Shown piece by piece: positions 8,486 through 17,486 of a stretch of DNA of 46,046 nucleotides (its first letter is position 1; each line of letters opens with the position of its first letter). The stretch lies in IMG/VR virus record IMGVR_UViG_3300017780_005735, positions 1 through 46,046 of that record. One strand, written 5' to 3'. This DNA comes from a virus. Lineage: Duplodnaviria; Caudoviricetes. A program made the position numbers and the translations under genes. The notes beneath the pieces are model-generated. The model was given only the letters and a program-made list of their open reading frames with translations, was not told where the DNA came from and made no database searches.

Positions 8486-9693
8486 GGGTTCAGCCTTTCA
8501 ATCTCGCGTGCTCGCCGGATCAGCTCCTCGATACCGTTATTCGAGATGCGCTGCGGGGTTCCAGACATGATGTACACGACGCCGTCGCTCCCGACAATAA
8601 CCGGGGAACCAGAAGGCGTTCGGGTGGCGGTGCCAGCGATGCTGCCAATCTGAACGCTGCGGCCGCGGATGGGGGCGACAACGTTCTCACTCCCGTCGAG
8701 GTAGAAATACTGCGTGCTGTCGGCCCCGAGCGCGAGCATCTGGTCGCCGTCCAGCAGCAGGGAGATGATCTGATCGGGGGTGTCCTCGGCCGCGATCCGG
8801 TTAATCGGGTCGATCGTGATGGCTCCCGGCTCGATCCAATAGATGATCTCGCTCTGGGAAGCCGCGCAGAAGGTGTAGCCGCCGAACACGCAGACAGATA
8901 CGATACCGACGTCGTCAGGGGTGGGTACGCCGGACAGGGCGTTGAGAGCCCCGCCGGACAGCGTCGCGCCGCCCCACGACAGCTGCCCAGACGTCTCGGT
9001 GGTGGTGTAGGCGTTGCCTGCCGTGCCGCCCACCTTGGCGCGCACCACCAGCGTCAGCGCCGCAGGAAGGCTGCTGTAGACGTACGGGTTGACCACAGTG
9101 GCCGATGCGAACTTGATACCGGCGAACTCGTCGACACGGTCGATCGCGTAGTACAGGTTCACCAGCGAGTCGTTGGCCGACGTGCCGATAAGGACTTCGT
9201 TGGCGACCGGCGTAAGGGACGTCTTGAAGGTGTAGACGACACCGTTGATCGTCACCGTGTCGTTGTTGGCCACGTTGGTCCCGGTGGACGTCAGCGTGCC
9301 CGTCGCGCGGCTTCCACCCTCCTGGTAGAACTGGAGGCTGGCGCCGTCGGCTACCCAGAGTGTGGTTTCCGTCGCGTCCATACTCACAACGCCATCGCCA
9401 AGCACGACACCGTCGATCGGGGTGCGTGTGCCGTCGGTGTCGAGGCGCTGCAGCTTGTTGGCGGACACAGTGAACAGGGCGTCGTCGAACGCCCCGATCA
9501 GGTTGAAGTTGCCGCGCACCGGGCCGTTTGCGCCGGACGGCGCAAGGTACGTCGTGCCCGGCCTCGAGAACAGCGAGACGCCATTGACGCGGTTGGTGGG
9601 GTCAGATTCGAAGAAACGGTTGACGAGACGCACCGGCGGCGTCTTGCCGTACCGGCGGTCATATGCGCCAAGCCCGAGCGGAACGCCGGTCAA
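8482..9693 (-). CDS. N-terminal part of a P22 gp10-like tail hub/DNA stabilization protein
   Basis: TTG start overlapping the upstream TGA; RPGT, AEDTPDQI, ALGADSTQYF and QRISNNGIEELI resemble gp10-family motifs; follows the gp4-like gene. Confidence 0.7.
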   Translation of the reverse strand: MTGVPLGLGAYDRRYGKTPPVRLVNRFFESDPTNRVNGVSLFSRPGTTYLAPSGANGPVRGNFNLIGAFDDALFTVSANKLQRLDTDGTRTPIDGVVLGDGVVSMDATETTLWVADGASLQFYQEGGSRATGTLTSTGTNVANNDTVTINGVVYTFKTSLTPVANEVLIGTSANDSLVNLYYAIDRVDEFAGIKFASATVVNPYVYSSLPAALTLVVRAKVGGTAGNAYTTTETSGQLSWGGATLSGGALNALSGVPTPDDVGIVSVCVFGGYTFCAASQSEIIYWIEPGAITIDPINRIAAEDTPDQIISLLLDGDQMLALGADSTQYFYLDGSENVVAPIRGRSVQIGSIAGTATRTPSGSPVIVGSDGVVYIMSGTPQRISNNGIEELIRRAREIERLNP

Positions 9694-10445
9694 TACTGAA
9701 CCCCCCAGCCGGGAAGTGCGAAGCTCTGGAACGGCATCGACCACAGGTTTTCCGGGTCGGTGGCGGCCGGCATCTCCTGCGCGTAGCGGCCAACGCCATA
9801 GGCCATGCCGTCCTTGAACGTCTGGACGGTCATCGCCTGCGGGTTCTTGCCGTACATGGGGCATAGCGCCATCGCGACCGCGCAGCGCCAGAAGTCGTCG
9901 AAGTCGGACGGCAGGGGGCTCTCGCTGGCGTCGGTGAGCGTTGTGACGCGGCGCCAGTCGCCTAGGTCCTGGCGAAAGAACCAGAACAGCGGGCCGGTCA
10001 GGGCCGCGCTGAGCGTGAGGGATGTCGCGCCGTCGATCAGGAAGCCGTTGCCGTCGATCGTCAGCGGGTTCGTGGCAAACGACGTGCCGATGTTGACGAG
10101 ACCCATGCGGGCGCCGTCAGACGGCAGCTGTTTGAGGTAGATCGTCGTGGCTCCGTCAACCGCAACCTGCAGCATGGAGTTCTGCTGCGGGTACGGCCAG
10201 GCCCCGTTAGGGATGTTGGCGTTGCGCGGCAGCAGAGGCCAGTCGCGCGCCTCGTTGACCGTCGGGTTCGGCGGGACAGGCCACAGCAGCAGCTTCTCGC
10301 CGAATTTGCGGCCGAACAGCCCTTGCCAGATGGAGTTGAACCTCGAAACGCCTTCGGCCAGCTGCGCTGTACTGAGCGGCTGGCCGACTGCTACAAGGTT
10401 TTCCTGGCGGTAAGCCGCGCGGACAAGATCACCGACCGTTGCCAT
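9690..10445 (-). CDS. Head-to-tail adaptor (P22 gp4-like)
   Basis: MATVGDLVRAAYR..LVAVGQ..EG..FNSIW and C-terminal AVAMALCPMYG; position after the coat region. Confidence 0.65.
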   Translation of the reverse strand: MATVGDLVRAAYRQENLVAVGQPLSTAQLAEGVSRFNSIWQGLFGRKFGEKLLLWPVPPNPTVNEARDWPLLPRNANIPNGAWPYPQQNSMLQVAVDGATTIYLKQLPSDGARMGLVNIGTSFATNPLTIDGNGFLIDGATSLTLSAALTGPLFWFFRQDLGDWRRVTTLTDASESPLPSDFDDFWRCAVAMALCPMYGKNPQAMTVQTFKDGMAYGVGRYAQEMPAATDPENLWSMPFQSFALPGWGVQY

Positions 10446-10851
10446 TGAGGGCCTTCACTGCGTCGAGAGCCGCAGCTTCGCCGCCGAGACCCTCGATCAG
10501 CTCGGCAAGCGAGGCGTTGGCAGGGACGGCCACGTCGCCAAACCTGGCTTGGGCCGCGGCGAGATACTGCAGGCGCTGCTCCTCGGCGGCTTCCGCCTTG
10601 GTGGCTTTCTTGGGGGCAGCGGCCTTGGGCTCCGAGCCAGCCGACTTGTTGTCGACGGACTTCGTGACCATGCCGGATACGTTCAGTTTCGACGGGTGGT
10701 CGACCCAGCCTGCCGGGACTTCATCCTGCGAGTTGAACACCCGGGCGAACTCAGTCGGCTCCGCCTCGCCGTGGGCCGGCGCAACATAGCCCGGACCATA
10801 GAACCATTTCGGCCAGAATTTCTTCGGGCCTTTGGGTTTTTCTTTAGACAT
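10429..10851 (-). CDS. Hypothetical protein (head region)
   Basis: ATG with SD; FWPKWFYGP..VF....EVPAGWVDHPSKL. Confidence 0.6.
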   Translation of the reverse strand: MSKEKPKGPKKFWPKWFYGPGYVAPAHGEAEPTEFARVFNSQDEVPAGWVDHPSKLNVSGMVTKSVDNKSAGSEPKAAAPKKATKAEAAEEQRLQYLAAAQARFGDVAVPANASLAELIEGLGGEAAALDAVKALNGNGR

Positions 10852-12322
10852 TTGCCTCTCTCGTGCCGATAATCTCAGTATTCAGTAGCGTTCCAGCGAT
10901 CATGACTTCGCCGGCGGCCGGCGTCAACGCCGTCTTGATCGTGTAGACGACCGACCCGACAGTAACGGTGTTGTTGTTTACGAACACGCCGGACATGGTC
11001 AGCGTGCCGGTGGCGGCGACCGCCTCCGCGCCGCTGGTGAGCGTCGCAGCGCCCCAAGCCACGTTGGACGCGGTCTCGGTCGTGGCGATTGCGTTACCGG
11101 CCGTTCCGGCCGTGACAGCCGTGACGTCGATCTCGTCGGTGCTGACGGCCACCGCAGTGACGAGCGCGTTAGCCTCGAGGTCGGCGTCATACGTGACACC
11201 TGCGCCAGTTGCGCCGGTGAGTGTGCCTGCGCCGAACGACAGCGATGCGCTGTCCTCGGTCGTGATGATGTAGTTCGCCTCGACGCCGCTGTAGCGCGAG
11301 GACAGATCGATCGTATCGCCGGCTCCGGCCGCAGCCGAGACGTCGGGGTTCTTCGGCGTGTTGTAGCCATAGGTCGTGCCGCCGCCCGCCGCCGAGTTGA
11401 TAGCCGCGATCAGGTTGTCGAGGGTGTTGGTCGCGGCAGCGCCGCGGACCACTTCGAACGGAGCGTCCGCCGACGTCAGAGCGGTGACGATGGTGTAGTA
11501 GTAGTTGCCGATGCGAACGATGCCGCCGGCAGCCGGGTTGGCCGAGGCCGTCAGGACACCCGTGGCGACCGTACCGTCGCCTTGGATGGCGTCGAGCAGG
11601 TTGTTGCGGGTTGCCTCTGCGCTGGCGCCGATCAGGACTTCCCCGGCAGCGCCGGTGAGGGCGGCGACGAAGGTGTAGACGTCGGTGCCGAGCGTGACCG
11701 TCTGGGCAGCGGTGGGCTGGCCTGAGAAGGTGAGCGTACCCGTCGCAGCGACAGCGTCCGCTCCGCCGGCAAGCGTTGCCGCGCCGAAGGCGCCGTTGGT
11801 GAGGGTCTCAGTCGTGGCAATGGAGTTGCCAGCCGCGCCAGCCGTAGCGGCCGTGAGCAGCATGGTCGTTGCGGTCGGCGTCGTGGCGACGACGAGAGGC
11901 TGCGGGACCGTGGAGGCGGCGAAGCCCCAGTAGTCGGGCGCCCAGCCGTTGATGGCCGCGGCGAGCGAGTCGAGCGTGCGCTCCGTGACGGAGTTGGCAG
12001 GACCGAAGGTGGCGGCGTTGGCCAGGCGGAACCACGCCGGAGCGGCGTTCTGGTAGCTGGCAGTGACGCCGACGGTGGATGCGTTGCCGGTCGCCGTGGC
12101 GACCTGGGTGGTGTTGGGCGTGCCGGACGGGTCGACCGTTGAGCGTTGGAGGTTCAGCGTCGCAGCGTCGACAGGCCCCGTGGCCTGGAACTGCACATCG
12201 CCTATACCGAAAAGGGTCCAGTCTGAGACATCCGCTTGGGCGCTGAAAGTGGCCTTCGCGACGACGCGCGCCAGCGCCTGACTGATGGGGGTGACTTCGA
12301 CAGATTCAAACGTGACGGTCAC
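10844..12322 (-). CDS. Putative capsid decoration/spike protein containing three nested copies of the ~115-aa module
   Basis: Immediately downstream of the coat gene; Ala/Thr/Gly-rich; repeated ATGxLT...EV.IG...LxxAIN...TTET...ATL.GG. Confidence 0.65.
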   Translation of the reverse strand: MTVTFESVEVTPISQALARVVAKATFSAQADVSDWTLFGIGDVQFQATGPVDAATLNLQRSTVDPSGTPNTTQVATATGNASTVGVTASYQNAAPAWFRLANAATFGPANSVTERTLDSLAAAINGWAPDYWGFAASTVPQPLVVATTPTATTMLLTAATAGAAGNSIATTETLTNGAFGAATLAGGADAVAATGTLTFSGQPTAAQTVTLGTDVYTFVAALTGAAGEVLIGASAEATRNNLLDAIQGDGTVATGVLTASANPAAGGIVRIGNYYYTIVTALTSADAPFEVVRGAAATNTLDNLIAAINSAAGGGTTYGYNTPKNPDVSAAAGAGDTIDLSSRYSGVEANYIITTEDSASLSFGAGTLTGATGAGVTYDADLEANALVTAVAVSTDEIDVTAVTAGTAGNAIATTETASNVAWGAATLTSGAEAVAATGTLTMSGVFVNNNTVTVGSVVYTIKTALTPAAGEVMIAGTLLNTEIIGTREANV

Positions 12323-12357
12323 ATGGCGCTCCCTTGCGCGACTTCAATACACGAGTT

Positions 12358-12384
12358 GCTCCCCAGCCTCAATAGCTGGGGAGC
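12358..12384 (-). terminator. GC-rich hairpin after the coat gene (no U-tract; possible partial terminator or mRNA stabiliser)
   Basis: GCTCCCCAGC-N7-GCTGGGGAGC perfect 10-bp stem. Confidence 0.45.
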
Positions 12385-12401
12385 GTAGTCGTGTCGGCGG
12401 C

Positions 12402-13721
12402 TTAGGCAGTACCGGAGAACCGGGTGCCGAGCATGGGCTGGACGCACTGACCGCCGTAGATCATGTCCCAACGGTGGCCGTGGGTGGCGTTCGTGAAGTC
12501 CGACCCGCGCCAGTAGCGGATGGAGAGGCCCGATTCCGGGTCGCTGGCGAACGCGCTGATGCCGTTGAACGGCGTAATCAGGCGAGCGCCAACCAGCTGG
12601 ATCGCGGTCTTGTGGAAGCCCGCGCGCTGCGTGAACGTGCTGGAGGCGTTGCCGGCCCAGGTGACGTTCGCGCTGTCCGCCGGAATGGCCGAAGCCGTGG
12701 CGAACGCGGTGTTTTCCCACTTCACCTCGGTCACAGCACCGGTCGCGTCCGTGTACGGGACGATGATCGGGGGCGAGATGGTGACGTCCTCGGTCGTGCC
12801 CGTGACGGTCACGGCGTCGAGCACCGTGAACTGCTGCAGGTAGGTGAGGACGCGGATGTTGGCGCCGGTGTCGGACGTCTGGCGCGGGTTGACCGCGTAG
12901 ACGCCGGCGATCGTGAACACTTCGCCCGCGGCAATCGTGTTGCCGTTGGTGAGACCCTTCAGCGACAGCGTCTGCGAGAAGCGCGCCGTGTCCTTGACGT
13001 CGCGGTAGTTGACGTTCTCCGTCGCGCCGTCGACCTGGGCAGCGCCGGAAGTCGTGCGCGTGCCGGTCGTGACGATGCCGACGTTCTGGGTCTCAAAGCC
13101 CTTGATGTTGGACAGCATCGGAATGCGGCCCCGCTCCAAGGCGGTCTGAGCGACGCCGCTCATGTACTTGTCGATCAACGAGCCCTGGATGCCGGCGCTG
13201 TCCTCGAGCGAGAGGACCGCTTGGCGATCAGAGTTCGGGACGGCCATGTTGCCGAGGCGCGTGGCGACCGGAATGAACTGCTGCGGCGTGGCGAGGGCGT
13301 AGTCGGTGCCCGTCGCGCCAGGCGCGTTCACCCAGCTCGGGAACCGCTGGAGGAAGCCCTGCAGGTAGGTGTCGACACCCTGCGCCAGCGTGGACGCGGC
13401 CGACTTCATGGTCTCGGACAGCATCAGCTGGTTCATCGACTGCACGTACTGCAGGTCGGTGATGTTGAGGTGGACGTTCTTGTACTGCGTGACTTCGACC
13501 TCGGTACGGCCAGTCGCGATGTTCTGCGGCTGGAACGTCGGGCCGGACGTCTGGATGAAGCGCGGGGGACGCTTCACGAAGATTTTCAGCCCGTTCTCGT
13601 CGGTGACGTCGGGCAGGAAGGTCTTGGAGACAAGACGACCCATGACCAGCTCGTTCTTGACGAGCAGGAGCATGGTGTTCGCATAGTCCACCGCGTTCAG
13701 GAACTGGTTGTCAACGGCCAC
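12402..13721 (-). CDS. Major capsid protein (P22 gp5-like coat family)
   Basis: 439 aa; LLLVKNELVM, KRPPRF, FHKTAIQL..A.L, RWDMIYG; strong codon bias; follows the scaffold gene. Confidence 0.9.
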   Translation of the reverse strand: MAVDNQFLNAVDYANTMLLLVKNELVMGRLVSKTFLPDVTDENGLKIFVKRPPRFIQTSGPTFQPQNIATGRTEVEVTQYKNVHLNITDLQYVQSMNQLMLSETMKSAASTLAQGVDTYLQGFLQRFPSWVNAPGATGTDYALATPQQFIPVATRLGNMAVPNSDRQAVLSLEDSAGIQGSLIDKYMSGVAQTALERGRIPMLSNIKGFETQNVGIVTTGTRTTSGAAQVDGATENVNYRDVKDTARFSQTLSLKGLTNGNTIAAGEVFTIAGVYAVNPRQTSDTGANIRVLTYLQQFTVLDAVTVTGTTEDVTISPPIIVPYTDATGAVTEVKWENTAFATASAIPADSANVTWAGNASSTFTQRAGFHKTAIQLVGARLITPFNGISAFASDPESGLSIRYWRGSDFTNATHGHRWDMIYGGQCVQPMLGTRFSGTA

Positions 13722-13769
13722 TTGGGGGCGCCTTTCATAATGCTCGGCGCCCCGTATGTGGTGGCGCGG

Positions 13770-14783
13770 TTAACGTTGGGAATCCAGCACAGGCTGGAAC
13801 TTGGCTTCGAAGTCTTTGAAGTTCGTAGGCGTGCCACTGTACTGACCGTTGGAGCCTCGCGCTTGCGGAGCCGGCGGGTCTGCACTGGGGAGTTTGACGG
13901 TTTTTCCGGGGGTCGGCTTCGGGGCAGCCTGCAGGGTCGCTTCCAGCCGGCCAAAAGCACGAGCCCGCTCAAGGGGGTCCGTGATGTTGTCCAGCGCCAC
14001 CGCTTCTCTCAGGTTTGTCGCGAGGTGATAGGCGATTTTCGCGCCGACCTCGGAATCCCTGATAAGGGCGCCAACTTCCCGGCTGCAAGGCCACGAGCCG
14101 GCGGTTGCGCCGTCAAGAACCTTTTCCACGAAGTCAGGATGCTCAGCTGCGACCGTCTCGAGTTGATCGGCCCACGCTTGTTCAGCTTCTTCGGCTTGCG
14201 CCGCTGCGGCCTGCTGCTGCCGTTGCTCATCCCGTGTGCGTTGTTCTTCACGGACGATCTGACGAGCTTCGTGCCTAGCTAGGTCCTTGACGTACTGCGT
14301 GTCAAGCTCCCCGAACGCATATTTTTCGGAACCGTCCGCGTTTTTTGCATTCGGGTCTGGCGGCGCGTCGTCGTCGGAGGCTTCGGCGGCCGGCGCACGG
14401 CCGGTCTCGAGGGCCGCAAGACGCTCGCGCATCTCTGCCAGCTCGGCGTCTTTGGCGTCGCGCTCACGCTCGGCGTCCTTGCCGCGGCGCGTCAGCTCGC
14501 GAATCCGCTCCTGCGCGGACTTCTTCGGCGCCTCTGCCTTGGGCTCGTCAACTTTAGGCTCGTCGACCTTGGGAGGGTCGGCTTTCGCCGGCTCGCCAGG
14601 CTTTACGAACAGGTCCGGCACCCCGGCGGCCTCGGCGTCGCGCTGGGCTTGTTCGAACGCGGCAAAAGTGTCGGCGCCCTCAACTTTGGGGCCTTCGACT
14701 ACCTTGGACGGGTCGATGACGTTGTCGACCGACGGGGCGATCTGGACGTCGTTATTTAGCGGGGCTTCGTTTTCCGGCGGCAT
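13770..14783 (-). CDS. Capsid scaffolding protein
   Basis: Between portal and coat; charged helical; QERIRELT and GAKIAYHLATN..EA. Confidence 0.8.
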   Translation of the reverse strand: MPPENEAPLNNDVQIAPSVDNVIDPSKVVEGPKVEGADTFAAFEQAQRDAEAAGVPDLFVKPGEPAKADPPKVDEPKVDEPKAEAPKKSAQERIRELTRRGKDAERERDAKDAELAEMRERLAALETGRAPAAEASDDDAPPDPNAKNADGSEKYAFGELDTQYVKDLARHEARQIVREEQRTRDEQRQQQAAAAQAEEAEQAWADQLETVAAEHPDFVEKVLDGATAGSWPCSREVGALIRDSEVGAKIAYHLATNLREAVALDNITDPLERARAFGRLEATLQAAPKPTPGKTVKLPSADPPAPQARGSNGQYSGTPTNFKDFEAKFQPVLDSQR

Positions 14784-16992
14784 TTTTCGCTTTCTCCTTC
14801 GCCGCCTTAGCGGCCACTTCACGATCTTTCTCGGCGTTCTCGTGGTCCATCGCCTGCTGGCGTACGGTCACAACGTCGTTGATACGGGTCGACTCGATCT
14901 CGGCATCGGCCTGATCGGTCTGCGCGTGCGTGAGTTCGGTGCGGGCCTCGATCTCGCGGGTTTCCGCGGCGATCTTCTCGCGTTCGAACCTGGCGGTTTT
15001 GATGTCCTCAAACATGAGGGCAACCTCGGCCAGGGTCTTTTCGACGCTCTCGGCAGACTGTTGCATTTTCGCCATAGCCTCGTCGGCCTTGGCCTCGGCC
15101 AGCCGCGTCTTGGCGAGCTGTTCGTTGACCTGGGCCTCCATGGCGGCCTTCTCCATGGCCTGCGCTTCCTGCGCGGCCTGCTGGGAAGCCTGCATCGCCT
15201 GTTGTTCCTCTGGCGTCATGTCCTCGACGTCTTGGAACTGCGGCGGCAGGGCGGCGCGGAGGCGCTTGGCCAGCTTCTCGGCGCCCGGCAGGTCCATGTT
15301 GTCGACGATGATGTCGAGGCCGACCGACATGGCTTCCGGCGCGGAGTTGACCAGCGACGTGAGGGTTTCGACCGCCTCGACACGCTTCGTGGCGTAGGAC
15401 GGGCCGGTGGTGATGGTGACGGAGTACTTGCCGACGGTGATGTCGGAGTCGGGGTTGTTGGGGTCGTTGATGAAGGCAAGGTCCTCCTTGCCCTCCTCGC
15501 CGAGGACTTTGACGGTACGCGGGGTGTCGTAGTACTTCGGAATGACCATGTTCATGACACGGCCGGCTTCCTCAATGGCCATGTTCAGGTTGTCGGTGTA
15601 GAGCACCACGCCCATCTCGCCGACGCGCTGGCGAGCGTTGATCGCCTTCCCGCTGACCTCGTTGGAGACCATGCCCAGCGACGCCTCGTGGAGGCCGCTG
15701 ATGTCGCGGAGGTCCTGGCTGAGCTGCTGGCTTTCCTGAATGAGCGCCGGCTCCATCTGGATCGGCGGCACCATTTGAGGCATTTTGTCGGTTTCTTCGT
15801 CGTTCCACAGCAGCAGCGGATCGTCGCTCAGGTGCGCGTTGCGCCACTTGTCCTCGAGCCCGGCAACCGACTTCTTGGTGGCGATGTACTTCGCCTTCGG
15901 TGCCATCATCAGCTTTTCAGCCTGGATGGAGCGCCAGTAGTTCAGCAGGCGCTGCGGGTCCTTCATGAACCGAATCAGGCCGAAACGCTGTTTCGAGCCC
16001 GCGATGTTGATTTCCCACCCCGGAACACGGAACACAGGGATGCGGTCTGCGTACATACGGTACGGGCCAGCAAGGATGTTGGTTGCCGAGCAGAGGTACA
16101 TCTCAGCATATGGGCGCTTCGCTTCACGCACATACGGCTCGCCCGACACCGGGTGGATGGCCACGTTCGGCAGCCACTCCTCTGGGGGCAGGTCCGTGAC
16201 GTCAGAGACGTCGCCATTCTGCATCAGCGCCACGGTTCGGATGTCATGACACATGCGCCAGTAGGAGACGACCCGGACGGTGTCCTGAGTGAACCACTCG
16301 GTGGCGACGAGCTGGGTCATGAGGGTCATGGTGGAGCCGATGTCGGCTGGCTGCGCCCATGGGAAGTCCTTGTAGAACGTCTCTTTCGAGATGCGATCCT
16401 GCACGTAGCACCGCTTCGCGTCCTTGCCTGTCGGGTCCACCAGAAGGCGGTCCCAGACGACGGATGTGAAGTCGGGAAGCGACTCGATACGCAGGTCCTG
16501 CTCAAACGCGTCGTAGCTGGCATAGTCGGCGACGAGTCGGAAGTTCCCGATGCCGCTGGCCACGCACTGCTGGAGGGCGTCGTTGTAGGCCCGGTCGGCG
16601 TTGCTGTTCTTCTCGATCGACCGGATGAGGCCCTGGCGCAGCCTGGCGATGGCCTTCTTTCCGCCGTTGTCGGGCAACACGCGGATGGCGGTCTCGCTCA
16701 GGCGGCGGTTGCCGATGACCAGCGCGAGGAAGGCCGGGAGGCGGTTGAACGTGAGGATGGGTTTTCGATTAGCGGCTCGGCGCTGCTGCGAAATGGTGTC
16801 CCACTGCTGCCCGGCAAGAAACGCGGCGTCCTCGAGACCCGCCTGCATGTTGAGAAAATCCGCCGCCCAATCAAGGTCGAAGTGTTTTCGCATATCTCTG
16901 AGGAACTCTTCCTCAGTCGCGAAACCTTTCGGCAGCTTGAATTTGGGGGCCTTAGCGGTCGGGTTGGAGTCGTTGTAGCCGTCGGCCATCAC
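14752..16992 (-). CDS. Portal protein (P22 gp1-like, with long C-terminal helical barrel)
   Basis: FLAGQQW, LTFNRL, GLIRFMKDPQRLLNY, SNEVSGKAINARQ, YYDTPRTVKVLG, GKYSVTITTGPSYATKR. Confidence 0.92.
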   Translation of the reverse strand: MMADGYNDSNPTAKAPKFKLPKGFATEEEFLRDMRKHFDLDWAADFLNMQAGLEDAAFLAGQQWDTISQQRRAANRKPILTFNRLPAFLALVIGNRRLSETAIRVLPDNGGKKAIARLRQGLIRSIEKNSNADRAYNDALQQCVASGIGNFRLVADYASYDAFEQDLRIESLPDFTSVVWDRLLVDPTGKDAKRCYVQDRISKETFYKDFPWAQPADIGSTMTLMTQLVATEWFTQDTVRVVSYWRMCHDIRTVALMQNGDVSDVTDLPPEEWLPNVAIHPVSGEPYVREAKRPYAEMYLCSATNILAGPYRMYADRIPVFRVPGWEINIAGSKQRFGLIRFMKDPQRLLNYWRSIQAEKLMMAPKAKYIATKKSVAGLEDKWRNAHLSDDPLLLWNDEETDKMPQMVPPIQMEPALIQESQQLSQDLRDISGLHEASLGMVSNEVSGKAINARQRVGEMGVVLYTDNLNMAIEEAGRVMNMVIPKYYDTPRTVKVLGEEGKEDLAFINDPNNPDSDITVGKYSVTITTGPSYATKRVEAVETLTSLVNSAPEAMSVGLDIIVDNMDLPGAEKLAKRLRAALPPQFQDVEDMTPEEQQAMQASQQAAQEAQAMEKAAMEAQVNEQLAKTRLAEAKADEAMAKMQQSAESVEKTLAEVALMFEDIKTARFEREKIAAETREIEARTELTHAQTDQADAEIESTRINDVVTVRQQAMDHENAEKDREVAAKAAKEKAKNAAGKRSPAK

Positions 16993-17486
16993 AGCTTACC
17001 TTCGACATACAGCGCTACGCGCCGGAAAACCTCTGGGTCGGTGCAATTGTTCTTCAACATATTGGCGGTGCGTGAAACCACCCTAATGTTCCCGGGCACA
17101 TACCCTTTAGCGGGGTCAAACCTGTCTATCGACGGGGCGTGAGGGTGATTTTCGCCGAAAACAAAAGGGGTGCCCAAGACGGGGCACACGTCGGGAACTT
17201 TGATGTCGTATTTCGACAAACGAAACTCAATACCCTCAGACTTGGCGCGCCACTTGACCTGCTTGCAGATGTGCGCAGGCCACCCAGTTCGCGAGTTTCT
17301 TTGCGCCTTGCCAACTTCGCGGGCTCTGGCGAGTAGCTTGTCTTTGTTTTCGCTATAGGTTTTTTGGGCGTAGCCTACAAACTTCTCTTTGTTTGTCGCG
17401 TAGTAGTTGCGCATGTAGGCCCGGCGCTTATCGCGCACGGCCGTCTGCTGCATAGTGAGTGTAGCGCCGAACACTAACTCATCCAC
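16989..17486 (-). CDS. HNH homing-type endonuclease between terL and portal
   Basis: CPVLG...PSIDRFDPAKGYVPGNIRVVSRTANMLK; lower GC than neighbours. Confidence 0.8.
   Translation of the reverse strand: MDELVFGATLTMQQTAVRDKRRAYMRNYYATNKEKFVGYAQKTYSENKDKLLARAREVGKAQRNSRTGWPAHICKQVKWRAKSEGIEFRLSKYDIKVPDVCPVLGTPFVFGENHPHAPSIDRFDPAKGYVPGNIRVVSRTANMLKNNCTDPEVFRRVALYVEGKL

Noticed and set aside
12285-14282. 665-aa plus-strand ORF
   Set aside because: Antisense to the coat and scaffold genes
14287-17142. 951-aa plus-strand ORF
   Set aside because: Antisense shadow of the portal and scaffold genes caused by high-GC codon bias; no motifs
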